Assembly (NCBI GenBank): GCA_037481815.1
Contig: JBBFKX010000001.1
Span: forward strand, 448,001-512,000
From: a candidate division WOR-3 bacterium
Lineage (GTDB): Bacteria; Hydrothermota; 32-111
Direction: 5' to 3'
Length of the DNA stretch: 64,000 nucleotides
Each line of letters begins with the position of its first letter. Position 1 is the first letter of the stretch. The translations under genes were made by a program, and so were the position numbers. The notes below the pieces were generated by a model. The model was not told where the DNA came from. It did no database searches and saw only the letters and a list, made by a program, of their open reading frames with translations. This document shows, piece after piece, positions 39,047-49,727 of the stretch.

Positions 39047-40778
39047 TGAGTATTATTTCAAATATAAGATATTCAGAATCAACTCTTTTCAAAATTGATC
39101 CTGTTGATCTAACCATAAGGTAGGCATTTATAAATGAGGCATATCTTTCATCGGATATATATATGGACTTTTTCAGGATATCATCAATCTTGTCTTTATC
39201 AAAGTTTTTTGCAGTTGATTCGATACGAAGTACCATTCTCCCGTCATTCTCATAAGTTTCAACTAAAATCCTTTTTATATGGGTAGTGCTCATTTCTAAA
39301 ATAACAAAATTTAGAATATTGTGAAATATTGTTGATAAAACCCTGTATTCGAAAACAACATCTCTTAAATTTTCATTAAGTTTTGACTCTATGTTTATCG
39401 TATATTTGTATTCGGTGTTTGTTATATAGAAAAAAAGTTCCTGTTTTACAAAATCGTTCAAAGAAAAGTTTGTCTTCCCCTCTTCATATTCATACTTAAT
39501 CTTATTGTTCAAAATTTTAAAAGATTCCATCAGTTTAGCAACACCAACATCTGTCAGATTCAAAGTTTTCTGTAAAAGGTTAATCTTTTCTTCAAAAATA
39601 CTTTTCAATTGAACCTGTTTCTTTGTATGGATGTGTTTGTCTAGTTCATCAATATTGTCAAGGATATAATCAAAGCCAGCTCTTATGACTGAAATCATTG
39701 AAAAAGAGTTGTGGGCAAAACCCTTTAAAAAATCGTACATCTTCTTATACTGGTTTTGAATATTGAACTGGTATATCCTATCAAGGAGTGAGTTGAACAC
39801 AAAATTCGTATACTCTTTTGACATCTTTTCAAGTATTTTGACATTTGTATAGTTGAAAAGTATAAACATCTCAAAATTTGTAAAACCACTTCTGACCTTT
39901 CTTTTTTCTATTATCAGATTGTATTCCCTTTTCCCAATCAAAAACTCTCTGTTAAAAAAACTGTCATATTCAAGTTCTTCAAGAAGACCTTTGTTCTGTT
40001 CAAACCACTTTTCAAGAGTTGTTTCTTCATTCGACAAAAGTTGTCTGAAAAAATTATTACAATCCAATCTCCCTTTTGGATCGAGTGTCACTATTCCAAA
40101 ATCAAAATTGTTAATTATTACATCTGTATCAAAGGTTTTTACTATATTCAATCGTTTTGACTGAAAAAAATCAAAAAAAACAAAAACGGGAGTTAAGAAC
40201 AGAATTAAATATAAAAGAATCAAAATTAAAAAATTTAAAATTCCAAAACCAATAAAAATATAGAAAACTAAATGGAACAAAGCGATAAAGATAAAAAATA
40301 TTCTTTTCTGAAAAATCGCAAAAATTAGAATTATTGTATAAAAAGGAAAAATGAAAAAAGAAAAATATTCAAGTTCATTTAAAAATTTATCGATAAAAAA
40401 GATTTTTTCAGGACAGGTTATATCAAGAAAGACCGGTGAAAGTATGTATAAAAAAGCAGAAACAATAAAAGCAAAAATAGGATAAAAAATCTTAACACCA
40501 ACATTTTTTATATTCTTTTCAAAATAAAAGAAAAAAAGGAAATAGTTGTAGAAGAGGAAAAATAGAAAAAGTAAAGAATATGTTACTTTAAATCCTTGCC
40601 CAAAAAAAGTCAGATTGAGCATGAATGTTGTCAGTGAAATAAAAGAGAATGTTGCTAAAAAGAATAAAAAATTATTTTTTTCAGATTTGAGATCTTTTCT
40701 GAAAAAAACCACAAAAGAAAAAAATACAGATAAAAGAAAAGAAAAAAGCGAAAATATATTCAAAGTATACATTATCAA
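39039..40778 (-). CDS. Multi-TM membrane protein with a degenerate histidine-kinase-like C-terminus
   Basis: About 7 hydrophobic segments, PAS-like GIVTLDPKGRL, H-box-like GFAHN, N-box-like IFHNIL; no G boxes visible. Confidence 0.55.
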   Translation of the reverse strand: MIMYTLNIFSLFSFLLSVFFSFVVFFRKDLKSEKNNFLFFLATFSFISLTTFMLNLTFFGQGFKVTYSLLFLFFLFYNYFLFFFYFEKNIKNVGVKIFYPIFAFIVSAFLYILSPVFLDITCPEKIFFIDKFLNELEYFSFFIFPFYTIILIFAIFQKRIFFIFIALFHLVFYIFIGFGILNFLILILLYLILFLTPVFVFFDFFQSKRLNIVKTFDTDVIINNFDFGIVTLDPKGRLDCNNFFRQLLSNEETTLEKWFEQNKGLLEELEYDSFFNREFLIGKREYNLIIEKRKVRSGFTNFEMFILFNYTNVKILEKMSKEYTNFVFNSLLDRIYQFNIQNQYKKMYDFLKGFAHNSFSMISVIRAGFDYILDNIDELDKHIHTKKQVQLKSIFEEKINLLQKTLNLTDVGVAKLMESFKILNNKIKYEYEEGKTNFSLNDFVKQELFFYITNTEYKYTINIESKLNENLRDVVFEYRVLSTIFHNILNFVILEMSTTHIKRILVETYENDGRMVLRIESTAKNFDKDKIDDILKKSIYISDERYASFINAYLMVRSTGSILKRVDSEYLIFEIILNE

Positions 40779-41179
40779 TTCAATTTTGAGAGATTCTTTT
40801 TCGCATCTTCTTTAAATTTGATAACTGTCTGTTTGATCAGATTCCTTCTCCCCACATCTATTTTCAAATTAAAGAGATAATCAACGATCGAATCTGAAAA
40901 GAGGGTGAAGATCAAATCACCCCCCTCTTTTTCCAACTTTTTTCTTCTTGAGTTTGTATAAGGGATTTTACCTGTCAACTCAGAGAATATTTTATTGAAA
41001 TCGATTTTAGGATCCTCAGAATAAATTTTTAACGCTTCAACAAGTAAAGTGATCAGGTTGAACCAATCCTCATAATTTCTTTTAAAAAGATTTTTTCTAT
41101 CTTCAAGTTCAAGCAAAGGTATATAATACCTTGTAATCGCATCTATGTCATAATTAAAATTTGAAACCGCTTTACTCAT
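40775..41179 (-). CDS. Hypothetical protein
   Basis: 134-aa ORF with AAGGA RBS, overlapping the start of the downstream gene. Confidence 0.7.
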   Translation of the reverse strand: MSKAVSNFNYDIDAITRYYIPLLELEDRKNLFKRNYEDWFNLITLLVEALKIYSEDPKIDFNKIFSELTGKIPYTNSRRKKLEKEGGDLIFTLFSDSIVDYLFNLKIDVGRRNLIKQTVIKFKEDAKKNLSKLN

Positions 41180-41195
41180 ATTTTCCTTAAAGAAA

Positions 41196-42428
41196 TTATA
41201 TCACAATTGTTTCTTTAATCAACTGGTTATTTTCAAACCTTTCAAATTTTAAATCTTCAACTTCTTTTATTGTTTTAAATTCGCCAGTCAAAATCTTTTC
41301 AGCAACAGATAAACCGACTCCAGGGGCTTCCATAACACCGTGTCCTGAAAATCCAGTAGAGATGAAAAGGTTTTTGAGTTTTGAATGAAAACCTATTATA
41401 CCATTTTTATCCTTCGTGTTATGTTCATACAATCCACCCCACATAGATTGGGGAGAGATTATCCTGCAATACTCCATTCCTGGAATCCTTGCTGCCATAT
41501 AATAGTTCATCTGCTCTTCGTAATATTTTGGATCTGGAGTATAATCATAACCAAAAGGTTGATCTGGATCAGCCCTTCCAACTATCAAATTCCCCTTTTC
41601 TGGATGGAAATATACACCGTTATCGATTATCGTCATGGGTATCTTTTCAAAGCCATCAATGTTTGGCATCTTAACTGTAAAAAGCATCCTTTTCCATGGA
41701 ACAACAGGAATATGATAATTTTCATCATCAACAGATCTTTTCAAAATATCTCCAGAAAATGCTCCAGCTGCAAGAATAACAATATCACCTTCAATGATCG
41801 TTCCATCAATAAGTTCAACACCTACAGTTTTTTCTCCACTGAAAATTATCTTTTTCACTTCACTGTTCAATTTTATTTCAACTTTTTGAGGATACTTTTC
41901 TTTTGTGTATTCAAAATATCTGTTGGATGCAGTTGTTGGGTTGAAAATACCACAGTCAGGGCCCAAAAGTCCACCTGCTATTGGCTTCATATTTAAAACT
42001 TCGTTCACCTCTGGGTCGATATGATCGATCGTTGGAACAAAACCTGGCACATAATTTTTTATTTCCTCTGGTTTCAAAAGTTCAGTTCTTACTCCATTTT
42101 CATCCCAGACATGTTTGAAATCCTTTATCGCTTGAAATTCCTTTTCATAATAGGTAAACAGATATCCTATCTGCTCAAAACCAATATTTGTTCCCAACTC
42201 TTCGTGAAAATTTTTGTAAGCGTTTATCGAATAGTTTGTCAACTTTAAGTTAACTTTTGTTGACCATATATTTCTAAAAGCACCTGCAGAAAGTGATGTT
42301 GATTCTTGAGAGAGTTGACTCCTTCTTTCAAGAACAACAACTTTTCCCTGATAACCTTCTCTATAGAGGTGGTAAAGGATTGAACCACCGATTATTCCAC
42401 CACCGATTATTATTATTTTATCCATCAT
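41196..42428 (-). CDS. FAD-dependent oxidoreductase, DAO/sarcosine oxidase beta-subunit family
   Basis: IIGGGIIG, STSLSAG, LAAGAFS, TGFSGHGVMEAPGVG. Confidence 0.88.
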   Translation of the reverse strand: MMDKIIIIGGGIIGGSILYHLYREGYQGKVVVLERRSQLSQESTSLSAGAFRNIWSTKVNLKLTNYSINAYKNFHEELGTNIGFEQIGYLFTYYEKEFQAIKDFKHVWDENGVRTELLKPEEIKNYVPGFVPTIDHIDPEVNEVLNMKPIAGGLLGPDCGIFNPTTASNRYFEYTKEKYPQKVEIKLNSEVKKIIFSGEKTVGVELIDGTIIEGDIVILAAGAFSGDILKRSVDDENYHIPVVPWKRMLFTVKMPNIDGFEKIPMTIIDNGVYFHPEKGNLIVGRADPDQPFGYDYTPDPKYYEEQMNYYMAARIPGMEYCRIISPQSMWGGLYEHNTKDKNGIIGFHSKLKNLFISTGFSGHGVMEAPGVGLSVAEKILTGEFKTIKEVEDLKFERFENNQLIKETIVI

Positions 42429-42439
42429 TACTCCTTTTA

Positions 42440-43378
42440 TTAATTTTGAAAGTAAGTTTTAACATTCGAGAATGTTTTTAAAATCTCTTTCCTTTTATTC
42501 TCTGAAACTATCATTAAAACTGTTGCCAGACAATCAGCCAAACTACCGTTATCAGCGATAACAGTTACAGAATGTATTTTTGATGCTGGATTACCAGTTT
42601 TTGGATCAACGATATGGCAATACTTTTTCCCTTTAATAGTATAAAATCTAAAGTAGTCACCGCTTGTTACGATTGAACCGTTCGATAATTCTTCAACCTT
42701 TACGATACTATCATCTTTAAAACTTCTCACTCCTATCTTAAAAGGTTTATTGTCAAGATAGTTAAAGCAAACTATATCTCCTCCAAGGTTGATAAGTGCT
42801 TTTTTTATTCCATTTTTTAGTAGCATCTCTTTTACCAGATCTCCGAAGTATCCTTTTGCTATTCCACCAAAATCAACAGATACATATTTGTTCTTTTTAT
42901 ATATCTTATCTTTTTTTAAGATCACCTGATTGTTCTGGTTTATCAACTCAACAAAAAATCTGATCGAATCACTTACAGGTTCTCTACTCTGTTGCTCACA
43001 TCTTTTATAGTATGAAAGCAGAGGTTCTATAAAAACATTAAAATAACCATCGGTTAACCTTTTCAAAGAGTCACTGATGGTCAGTAACTTTAAAAACTCA
43101 TCATTTTTCTCAATAAAGTTTTCACAACTGTTGAACCGGTAAACATAAGATTCTTTATTGTATTTCGAAAAGAAATTATCAAGTTTTTTTAAAGTATCTT
43201 CAACACTTTTAAAAATTTTTTCAAAATCAAAATCTTTTTCACCAAAAAGAACTATTTCAACATTGACATTCCCAAAAAAAAGAAAATTTTTTCTCTTTTC
43301 AACCACAGTTGAACAGTTGACAAAAAGAATAAAAAAAATTATTAAGTATATTTTTAATATTTTTATACTTTTCATCAC
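42440..43378 (-). CDS. apbE: FAD:protein FMN transferase ApbE
   Basis: Lipobox-like VNC, DFGGIAKGY, NLGGDI, TSGDY, HIVDPKTG, ADCLAT; follows rnfA. Confidence 0.93.
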   Translation of the reverse strand: MMKSIKILKIYLIIFFILFVNCSTVVEKRKNFLFFGNVNVEIVLFGEKDFDFEKIFKSVEDTLKKLDNFFSKYNKESYVYRFNSCENFIEKNDEFLKLLTISDSLKRLTDGYFNVFIEPLLSYYKRCEQQSREPVSDSIRFFVELINQNNQVILKKDKIYKKNKYVSVDFGGIAKGYFGDLVKEMLLKNGIKKALINLGGDIVCFNYLDNKPFKIGVRSFKDDSIVKVEELSNGSIVTSGDYFRFYTIKGKKYCHIVDPKTGNPASKIHSVTVIADNGSLADCLATVLMIVSENKRKEILKTFSNVKTYFQN

Positions 43379-43956
43379 ATTTTCACAAGACCTGTAAATC
43401 CAAAAAAGGCAAGTGACATCAATCCTGCTGTGATGATACCTATCGCAGGACCTTTAAAAGGTTCAGGTATATCAGCCCATTCAAGTTTTTCCCTTATACC
43501 AGCAAAAAGGTATATTGCGATAAAATATCCTATTCCCGTTGAAAGTGAAAAAACTATCGTTTCGATGAGATTATAATTTTTCTGGATGTTCAATATTGCA
43601 ACACCTAAAATCGTACAGTTTGTAGTTATGAGTGGAAGATAAATCCCTAATGCTTCAAACAAGGCAGGTGCTATCTTTTTCATTGTAATCTCCACTATCT
43701 GAACAAGAGCCGCGATAACAAAAATAAAAACTATCGTTTGAAGATACTCTAATTTTAAAGGGTTCAGGACATAGATCTGTAACAGGTATGATATGAGTGT
43801 TGCCATCACCATAACAAAGATAACCGCAAAGCCCATTCCTGCGGCTGTTTCCTGTTTTTTCGAAACACCGATGTAAGGACAAATACCTAAAAATCTCATC
43901 AAAACTATATTTGAAATCAACATCGAATCGATTGCGATAATCAATAATTTTAACAT
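43375..43956 (-). CDS. rnfA: Rnf electron transport complex subunit A
   Basis: FLGICPYIGVSK, LGIYLPLITTNC, AFFGFTG. Confidence 0.95.
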   Translation of the reverse strand: MLKLLIIAIDSMLISNIVLMRFLGICPYIGVSKKQETAAGMGFAVIFVMVMATLISYLLQIYVLNPLKLEYLQTIVFIFVIAALVQIVEITMKKIAPALFEALGIYLPLITTNCTILGVAILNIQKNYNLIETIVFSLSTGIGYFIAIYLFAGIREKLEWADIPEPFKGPAIGIITAGLMSLAFFGFTGLVKM

Positions 43957-43957
43957 A

Positions 43958-44614
43958 TTACTTTACCTCTTTTTGAATTTTTAACTTTTCTTTTTCAAGT
44001 TTCTGTTTCATCTTTTCTCTCTCTTTATTTTTGATATTTACAAAGTTCATACCTCCAAGCATCAAACCTATGGTCAAAAAAGCTCCAGGAGGAAGAATCG
44101 CAACGATCGCTGGAGAATATGACTCTCCAAAAAGTTTTACTCCCCAAAATGTCCCATTACCAATAACTTCTCTTATCGCAGCGAGAACTGAAATCGTCAA
44201 CAAAAATCCTATCCCCATACCAAGTCCATCAAGAAAAGAATCAAAAACATTGTTTTTCGATGCAAACGCTTCAGCTCTACCAAAAACAATGCAGTTTACA
44301 ACTATGAGAGGTATAAAAACTCCAAGTGACTTATGGAGTTTTGGAAAATATCCATAAACAACAAGATCAACTATTGTAACAAAAGTTGCAATAACTATTA
44401 TAAAAACTGGTATCCTCATTTTGTTCGGAACAAATTTTCTTATCGATGAGATCACTATGTTGGAGGATATCAAAACAAAGGTTGCAGCGAATGCCATTCC
44501 AACTGCGTTATTCACTGTTGTAGAAACAGCAAGTGTTGGACAGAAACCAAGTAAAACTACCAGAACAGGATTGTTTGTCCATATTCCATTGAATATTTTT
44601 TTCAAACTATTCAT
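43958..44614 (-). CDS. rnfE: Rnf complex subunit E
   Basis: LGFCPTLAVS, FIPLIVVNCIVFGRAEAFA, LPPGAF. Confidence 0.95.
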   Translation of the reverse strand: MNSLKKIFNGIWTNNPVLVVLLGFCPTLAVSTTVNNAVGMAFAATFVLISSNIVISSIRKFVPNKMRIPVFIIVIATFVTIVDLVVYGYFPKLHKSLGVFIPLIVVNCIVFGRAEAFASKNNVFDSFLDGLGMGIGFLLTISVLAAIREVIGNGTFWGVKLFGESYSPAIVAILPPGAFLTIGLMLGGMNFVNIKNKEREKMKQKLEKEKLKIQKEVK

Positions 44615-45218
44615 TTATAACCTCCCCTGTTTTAGAGGAATCTGAAACTTCTTTTTTGAAATTGTATTCGATTACTTTTAATCCTCTTTCCAGACAATCA
44701 CCCACTGCTCTTGAGGTTATCGTTGCAGAAGTTATCGCCTGAATATCACCACCATCATTCTTTACTTTGAAATTGAAGTTTGACAAAGATTTTGAAAGGA
44801 ACTGATCTTTAAAACTCTTTTCAGTCATTTTTGTTCCAAGTCCAGGTGTTTCAGAAAATTCGAGTGGATATACACCGGTAATTTTAAAGTCCTTATCAAC
44901 ACCAACCATTATAGTTATAGTTCCACCATAACCTTTTTTTGTATAGGAAAGAATTGAATAAGCATGGATAGAAGAATCTGGATTGAGTATAAGATAAGCC
45001 CTTAACGGAATAGATTCAACATCTGATATAAGAAAAGTATCCCTTATTATCATCTGATCAGATATACCGGGAACTATACTTTTGATAGCTTCCATTATCT
45101 CAGCATTCTTTGCTTTTTCGATCGGTTCTTTAGTTACAGAGTATACATAAGAGAGTAAAAATGCTGAAACAACCGCAACAACAAAAAGTTTGATGATTTG
45201 AACTATGTTATCTTTCAT
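44607..45218 (-). CDS. rnfG: Rnf complex subunit G
   Basis: GYGG, ETPGLG, FMN site AITSATITS; ATG 45218 after GGAG. Confidence 0.93.
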   Translation of the reverse strand: MKDNIVQIIKLFVVAVVSAFLLSYVYSVTKEPIEKAKNAEIMEAIKSIVPGISDQMIIRDTFLISDVESIPLRAYLILNPDSSIHAYSILSYTKKGYGGTITIMVGVDKDFKITGVYPLEFSETPGLGTKMTEKSFKDQFLSKSLSNFNFKVKNDGGDIQAITSATITSRAVGDCLERGLKVIEYNFKKEVSDSSKTGEVINE

Positions 45219-45219
45219 A

Positions 45220-46197
45220 TCACTCTCCAAATTTTTTATTTTTTGTGAACTTCTCTATCGTTGGGGACAAAGCTTCCATGATCAGTATTGCAAAAGACAC
45301 ACCTTCAGGATAAGCACCAAAAAGCCTTATAAGAGAAGTTATCAAACCACATCCAAAAGCAAATACCATTTTCCCCTTTTTGGTTATCGGTGTGGTTACC
45401 ATATCTGTAGCCATAAAGAAAGCTCCAAGGAAAAGTCCACCTGTAACCATATGGAAAAATGGAGAAGCATATTTTGCTGGATCTATCATGTTGAATATCG
45501 CAGTAAAAACAAAAACTGTTGAAATGTAAATCAAAGGGATAAAAAATGGAATGATTTTCCTGAATATCAACAACAAGCCACCTATAAGAATAGCGAATTC
45601 AGAGATCTCTCCAATCGAACCACCACCAACACCATCGATTGGAAATCCAAAAAATAGTTTCCAGTAATCAAGATTTGAAACGGATGATAGCCCTTGAGTT
45701 TTTAGCATTCCAAGTGGTGTTGCAAAAGTTTGAGTCGTCAGGTTGACACCAACAGTCCACCGAGTCATTATTGATGGAAACGATAAAAGAAGGAAAACTC
45801 TTGCCACAAGAGCAGGATTGAAAGGATTGTTTCCAAGTCCACCAAAAACATGTTTTCCAAAAAGCATCGCAACAAAAGAACCAACTGCACACATCCACCA
45901 TGGTGAGGTTGACGGAAGATTTAAAGCAAGAAGTAGTCCTGTAATAAAAGCACTTCCATCAAAAGCCCTTTCAAAAAGATTTTTTACTCCTCTTATCTTC
46001 AAAAAGATTATCTCAAAAATCTGAGTGAAAATTATACATGACAAAATAACTGTTAACGCTCTGTATCTATAAAGATAGATCGCCCATAGAGTGGTTGGCA
46101 AAAGAGCAACAACCACTGTCCACATGATGCTTTTAATATCCTCTTTCCCCCTGAGAAATGGAGCACTTTTCAAGACAAATCTGTTTTCTTGCATCAT
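45220..46197 (-). CDS. rnfD: Rnf complex subunit D
   Basis: KHVFGGLGNNPFNPA, ATPL, GSIGE, FFMATDMVT, YPEGVSFAIL. Confidence 0.95.
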   Translation of the reverse strand: MMQENRFVLKSAPFLRGKEDIKSIMWTVVVALLPTTLWAIYLYRYRALTVILSCIIFTQIFEIIFLKIRGVKNLFERAFDGSAFITGLLLALNLPSTSPWWMCAVGSFVAMLFGKHVFGGLGNNPFNPALVARVFLLLSFPSIMTRWTVGVNLTTQTFATPLGMLKTQGLSSVSNLDYWKLFFGFPIDGVGGGSIGEISEFAILIGGLLLIFRKIIPFFIPLIYISTVFVFTAIFNMIDPAKYASPFFHMVTGGLFLGAFFMATDMVTTPITKKGKMVFAFGCGLITSLIRLFGAYPEGVSFAILIMEALSPTIEKFTKNKKFGE

Positions 46198-47513
46198 TTA
46201 CCTCTCTTCAAATATTTTGTGTATTTCTGTTTACCTTTAACTATACTTGCTGCAAGATCTCTTGAAGCAGGACATATAAATGAACATGAACCACATTCGA
46301 TACAGTCAAGAACATCATCCATCTTCTCATATTCTCTTCTGTCAGATGCCTCCTTCAAGTATGTTGGGTTAAGTCCCATCGGACAAACAGATAGACATTT
46401 TGAACATCTGATACACGCACTTTCCTCTTCGATGCTTACCTCTTCTTCAGTTAAAAATAAAAGCCCTGATGTTGTTTTTGTTATTGGTAATTGAATATCT
46501 GTAAAAGGTTTTCCCATCATAGGACCACCGTTTACAAGGTATTTACAATCATCCTTTATTCCACCACAAAAATCTGCAACCTCAGAAACTGTAACTCCAA
46601 TTGGAGCAAGGATATTTTTGGGTTCAGAAATACCTTTACCAGAACATGTTAAAACCCTTTCTGTTAAAGGCCTGTTATATACTATAAGATCGTATATCGC
46701 TTTAACTGTTGAAACATTTTGAACTATTACACCTACCTCAAAAGGTAACTTCCTTATAGGTACAACCCTTCTGGTCAAAGCGAATATCAACTGTTTTTCA
46801 GCACCCTGAGGATATTTCGTTTTCAAAAGTTTAAACTCAATCCTTTTATCTGTATTAACCTTCTTTAACTCTTCAAAAGCTTCCTCTTTGTTTTCCTCTA
46901 TACCAACAATCGATTTGGGGATACCAAGATTATCAAGAATCAAACTTATACCATTTAAAAATTCATTTTTATATTCAAGCATCACTCTGTAATCGTTTGT
47001 AAGGTATGGCTCACACTCAGCAGCGTTAACTATGAAAATATCTATTTTTTTGTCCTTTGGAGGATTCATTTTCACATAAGTTGGGAAACCAGCACCTCCC
47101 ATTCCTATTATTCCTCCATTTTTTATTTCACTTATAAAATTCTCTCTATCAGTTTTAAACTCTCTTTTCTCCTCTGTTCCCGCGACTTTTTCATATTTAA
47201 AGTCGTTTTTTATTACCAGAACATCATTTTTTATTTCACCAGGGAAAACCATACTTTTTGTTTGAACCACCTCTCCGGACACTGGTGAATGAACCATAGA
47301 TGTTACTCCACCATCTCCTGATGCAACAACCTGATTTTTTAAAACTCTATCACCTTCTTTCACCAGAACTTTTGCTGGAGAACCAATATGCTGGTTAACC
47401 GCAAGAAAGACAAACTCTTTAGCATCCAGTTTTTCAATCTTTTTATTTTCAGTGTATTCTTTTCTCTCCTCAGGGAAAACTCCACTTTTTCCAAAAGTAT
47501 AAAGTTTAGCCAT
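46194..47513 (-). CDS. rnfC: Rnf complex subunit C
   Basis: GMGGAGFPT, NAAECEPYLT, KYPQGAEK, GGPMMG, two CxxCxxCxxxCP motifs. Confidence 0.96.
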   Translation of the reverse strand: MAKLYTFGKSGVFPEERKEYTENKKIEKLDAKEFVFLAVNQHIGSPAKVLVKEGDRVLKNQVVASGDGGVTSMVHSPVSGEVVQTKSMVFPGEIKNDVLVIKNDFKYEKVAGTEEKREFKTDRENFISEIKNGGIIGMGGAGFPTYVKMNPPKDKKIDIFIVNAAECEPYLTNDYRVMLEYKNEFLNGISLILDNLGIPKSIVGIEENKEEAFEELKKVNTDKRIEFKLLKTKYPQGAEKQLIFALTRRVVPIRKLPFEVGVIVQNVSTVKAIYDLIVYNRPLTERVLTCSGKGISEPKNILAPIGVTVSEVADFCGGIKDDCKYLVNGGPMMGKPFTDIQLPITKTTSGLLFLTEEEVSIEEESACIRCSKCLSVCPMGLNPTYLKEASDRREYEKMDDVLDCIECGSCSFICPASRDLAASIVKGKQKYTKYLKRGK

Positions 47514-47808
47514 TTGATACTCCTTCTTTCTTCTTTTTCAAAATCTCCCTGATCTTGTTTGCAACCTCATCTTTGCCAACAGGGCATATCTTGTAAAGTT
47601 CTCCTTTTTTTGCCATTTCAACTGCAAAATTTTCACAACCCGGGAAACCACATGCCCCACAGTTAACACCTGGAAGAACAGATAGAATTTCATCAACAGC
47701 TGGATCCCTTTTGACTTCAAAAACTTTCATAGTTATGAGAATTAAAACTCCAAGTAGTATTGAAAGTCCACCCATAACTAACACTGGAAACAAAATCTCT
47801 TTTATCAT
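47506..47808 (-). CDS. rnfB: Rnf complex subunit B, minimal 100-aa form
   Basis: TM helix plus LPGVNCGACGFPGC...CPVG; no ferredoxin-type repeats. Confidence 0.85.
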   Translation of the reverse strand: MIKEILFPVLVMGGLSILLGVLILITMKVFEVKRDPAVDEILSVLPGVNCGACGFPGCENFAVEMAKKGELYKICPVGKDEVANKIREILKKKKEGVSNG

Positions 47809-48224
47809 TTTAATACCCTCACTATTTTATGGTTAAATTGATTTTTTTTCCTTTTACTGAATATAAATATGAAAATCAGAGAAAAGAGAAAACCCAGAAA
47901 TCCAGACAATGCTGTAAAACCTTCTCCTTTGTTTATCAAATAACCTATCAACGAAAACAAGGAAATCAACAGAGTTGGAATAAGATAAAAAACTATTGAA
48001 AGAATAAGGATCTTTTTCTGTTCAATCTTTAACTCAACGACATCACCTTTTTGAACATCTTCACAGGATACATTCTCACATTCAACGATTTTATTTTGAT
48101 CTTTATGAAAAATTGAACATTCTTCTGAGTGAGAACAAGAAGAACATGAAGATTGGAGATCAATTTTTATGAAAATTTTACCATCTTTTATATCAACAAC
48201 TTCTCCTAAAATTTTTTCCTCCAT
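47805..48224 (-). CDS. rseC: RseC/MucC family protein
   Basis: SSCSSCSHSEEC, KGDVVEL, YLIP and two TM helices; first gene of the rnf operon. The track's TTG at 48263 falls in a TTGACA -35 box, so ATG 48224 is preferred. Confidence 0.8.
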   Translation of the reverse strand: MEEKILGEVVDIKDGKIFIKIDLQSSCSSCSHSEECSIFHKDQNKIVECENVSCEDVQKGDVVELKIEQKKILILSIVFYLIPTLLISLFSLIGYLINKGEGFTALSGFLGFLFSLIFIFIFSKRKKNQFNHKIVRVLK

Positions 48225-48319
48225 AATATTTTGATATATTATACTTTTAGCCCTTTTTGTCAATAGATTGATGGTAGGTAGGTATTGAAAATTTTAATTT
48301 TTACTATATTATTCTCATT

Positions 48320-49633
48320 ATGGGAAGGAGAATTAATCTTTTAATAATCGATGATGAACCACTTTTTTCAGCAACATTAAAGGATGCAATTTCAGCAAAC
48401 TATAATTTCAACATCATTCAGGCATTCTCAGGATTTAAAGCGATTGAGATATTTGAACAGACAAACATAGATATCTGTTTTCTCGATGTACATTTGCCTG
48501 ATATCAATGGATTCGATTTGATAAAAAAGATCAAAAGTTTTTCACCAGATTGTGAAATTATAATCATGACAGCATATGGGGAACTTGAACAAACGAAACT
48601 TGCATTAAAGGAGGGGGCTTATTTTCTACCAAAACCCTTTAAAATTGAAGATATCAAAACAATTCTGTCGAAAATCAATAAAAATATTGAACAATCAGAT
48701 TACGAAAAGATCAAAGAGGAAGAGGAACAAATTGAAATAAAAACCAACAGTAAGAAAATGAAGGAGATTTTAAGAAAAGCCGAAAAGTATGCGAAAAGTG
48801 ATTTACCGGTTCTTTTACTTGGTTCAACCGGAACAGGTAAAGATACGATGGCAAAATATATACATCAGAAATCTGATCGAAAAAATGAAATTTTTATTAT
48901 GCAGAATTGTGCTTCTTTACCTGAAACACTTATTGAAAGCGAACTCTTCGGATATGAAAAAGGTGCTTTCACAGGAGCATATACAAGAAAATATGGCTTG
49001 TTTGAAATCGCAAACAGAGGAACGATTTTTTTGAATGAGATAGGAGAACTTCCTCTGTCGAGTCAGGCCAAAATACTGCATATCATAGAAAATAAAAGTT
49101 TTCGAAGGATTGGAGGTGTAAACGATATTTTTGTTGATACAAGAATAATAGCAGCAACAAACAAAAAAATCGAGGATCTTTTAAAATCAGGTAAAATAAG
49201 AGAGGATCTTTTTTTCAGATTGGAAACTCTACATATTGAACTACCTGATCTTAAAGATCGACTTGAGGATATTCCTTTGATAATAGAATCGTTACTTAAA
49301 AAAAGAAAAATAGACCCAAAAGAGTTTCAAATAGATGAAGAGATCTATACTCTGTTTCAGAATTACTCCTGGCCCGGGAACATAAGAGAACTCGAAAATG
49401 TTATCGATAGATCGATAATTTTAACTGAAGGTAAAGGGATCTTTACCGATACACTTCCATATTCGATATTAAAGATAAAAAACAGTATAAAAAAAGAATC
49501 TTTAAAAGATCTGGAAAAAGAAGAAATTTTAAAAACCTTAAATTCTGTTGGTGGAAACAAAACAAAAGCAGCCAAAATTCTTGGAATCGATCGAAAAACA
49601 CTCTATAGAAAATTGAAAAATTGGGGAATTTAA
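48320..49633 (+). CDS. NtrC-family sigma-54-dependent response regulator
   Basis: Receiver ([19 protein letters not shown]), [33 protein letters not shown], Fis-type HTH. Confidence 0.95.
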   Translation: MGRRINLLIIDDEPLFSATLKDAISANYNFNIIQAFSGFKAIEIFEQTNIDICFLDVHLPDINGFDLIKKIKSFSPDCEIIIMTAYGELEQTKLALKEGAYFLPKPFKIEDIKTILSKINKNIEQSDYEKIKEEEEQIEIKTNSKKMKEILRKAEKYAKSDLPVLLLGSTGTGKDTMAKYIHQKSDRKNEIFIMQNCASLPETLIESELFGYEKGAFTGAYTRKYGLFEIANRGTIFLNEIGELPLSSQAKILHIIENKSFRRIGGVNDIFVDTRIIAATNKKIEDLLKSGKIREDLFFRLETLHIELPDLKDRLEDIPLIIESLLKKRKIDPKEFQIDEEIYTLFQNYSWPGNIRELENVIDRSIILTEGKGIFTDTLPYSILKIKNSIKKESLKDLEKEEILKTLNSVGGNKTKAAKILGIDRKTLYRKLKNWGI

Positions 49634-49640
49634 AAAATTT

Positions 49641-49657
49641 TGTCCCATTTTGCCACA
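49641..49657 (+). promoter_or_regulatory. Candidate enhancer-binding (UAS) site
   Basis: TGTCCCATTTTGCCACA, an imperfect dyad (TGT-N11-ACA) about 70 bp upstream of the -24 element. Confidence 0.45.
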
Positions 49658-49727
49658 CTTTTTGTATCTTTTATTTTTATATAATCTTTAAGTTAATTTA
49701 AACAGGGAATTTAAAATATTTAATTTT

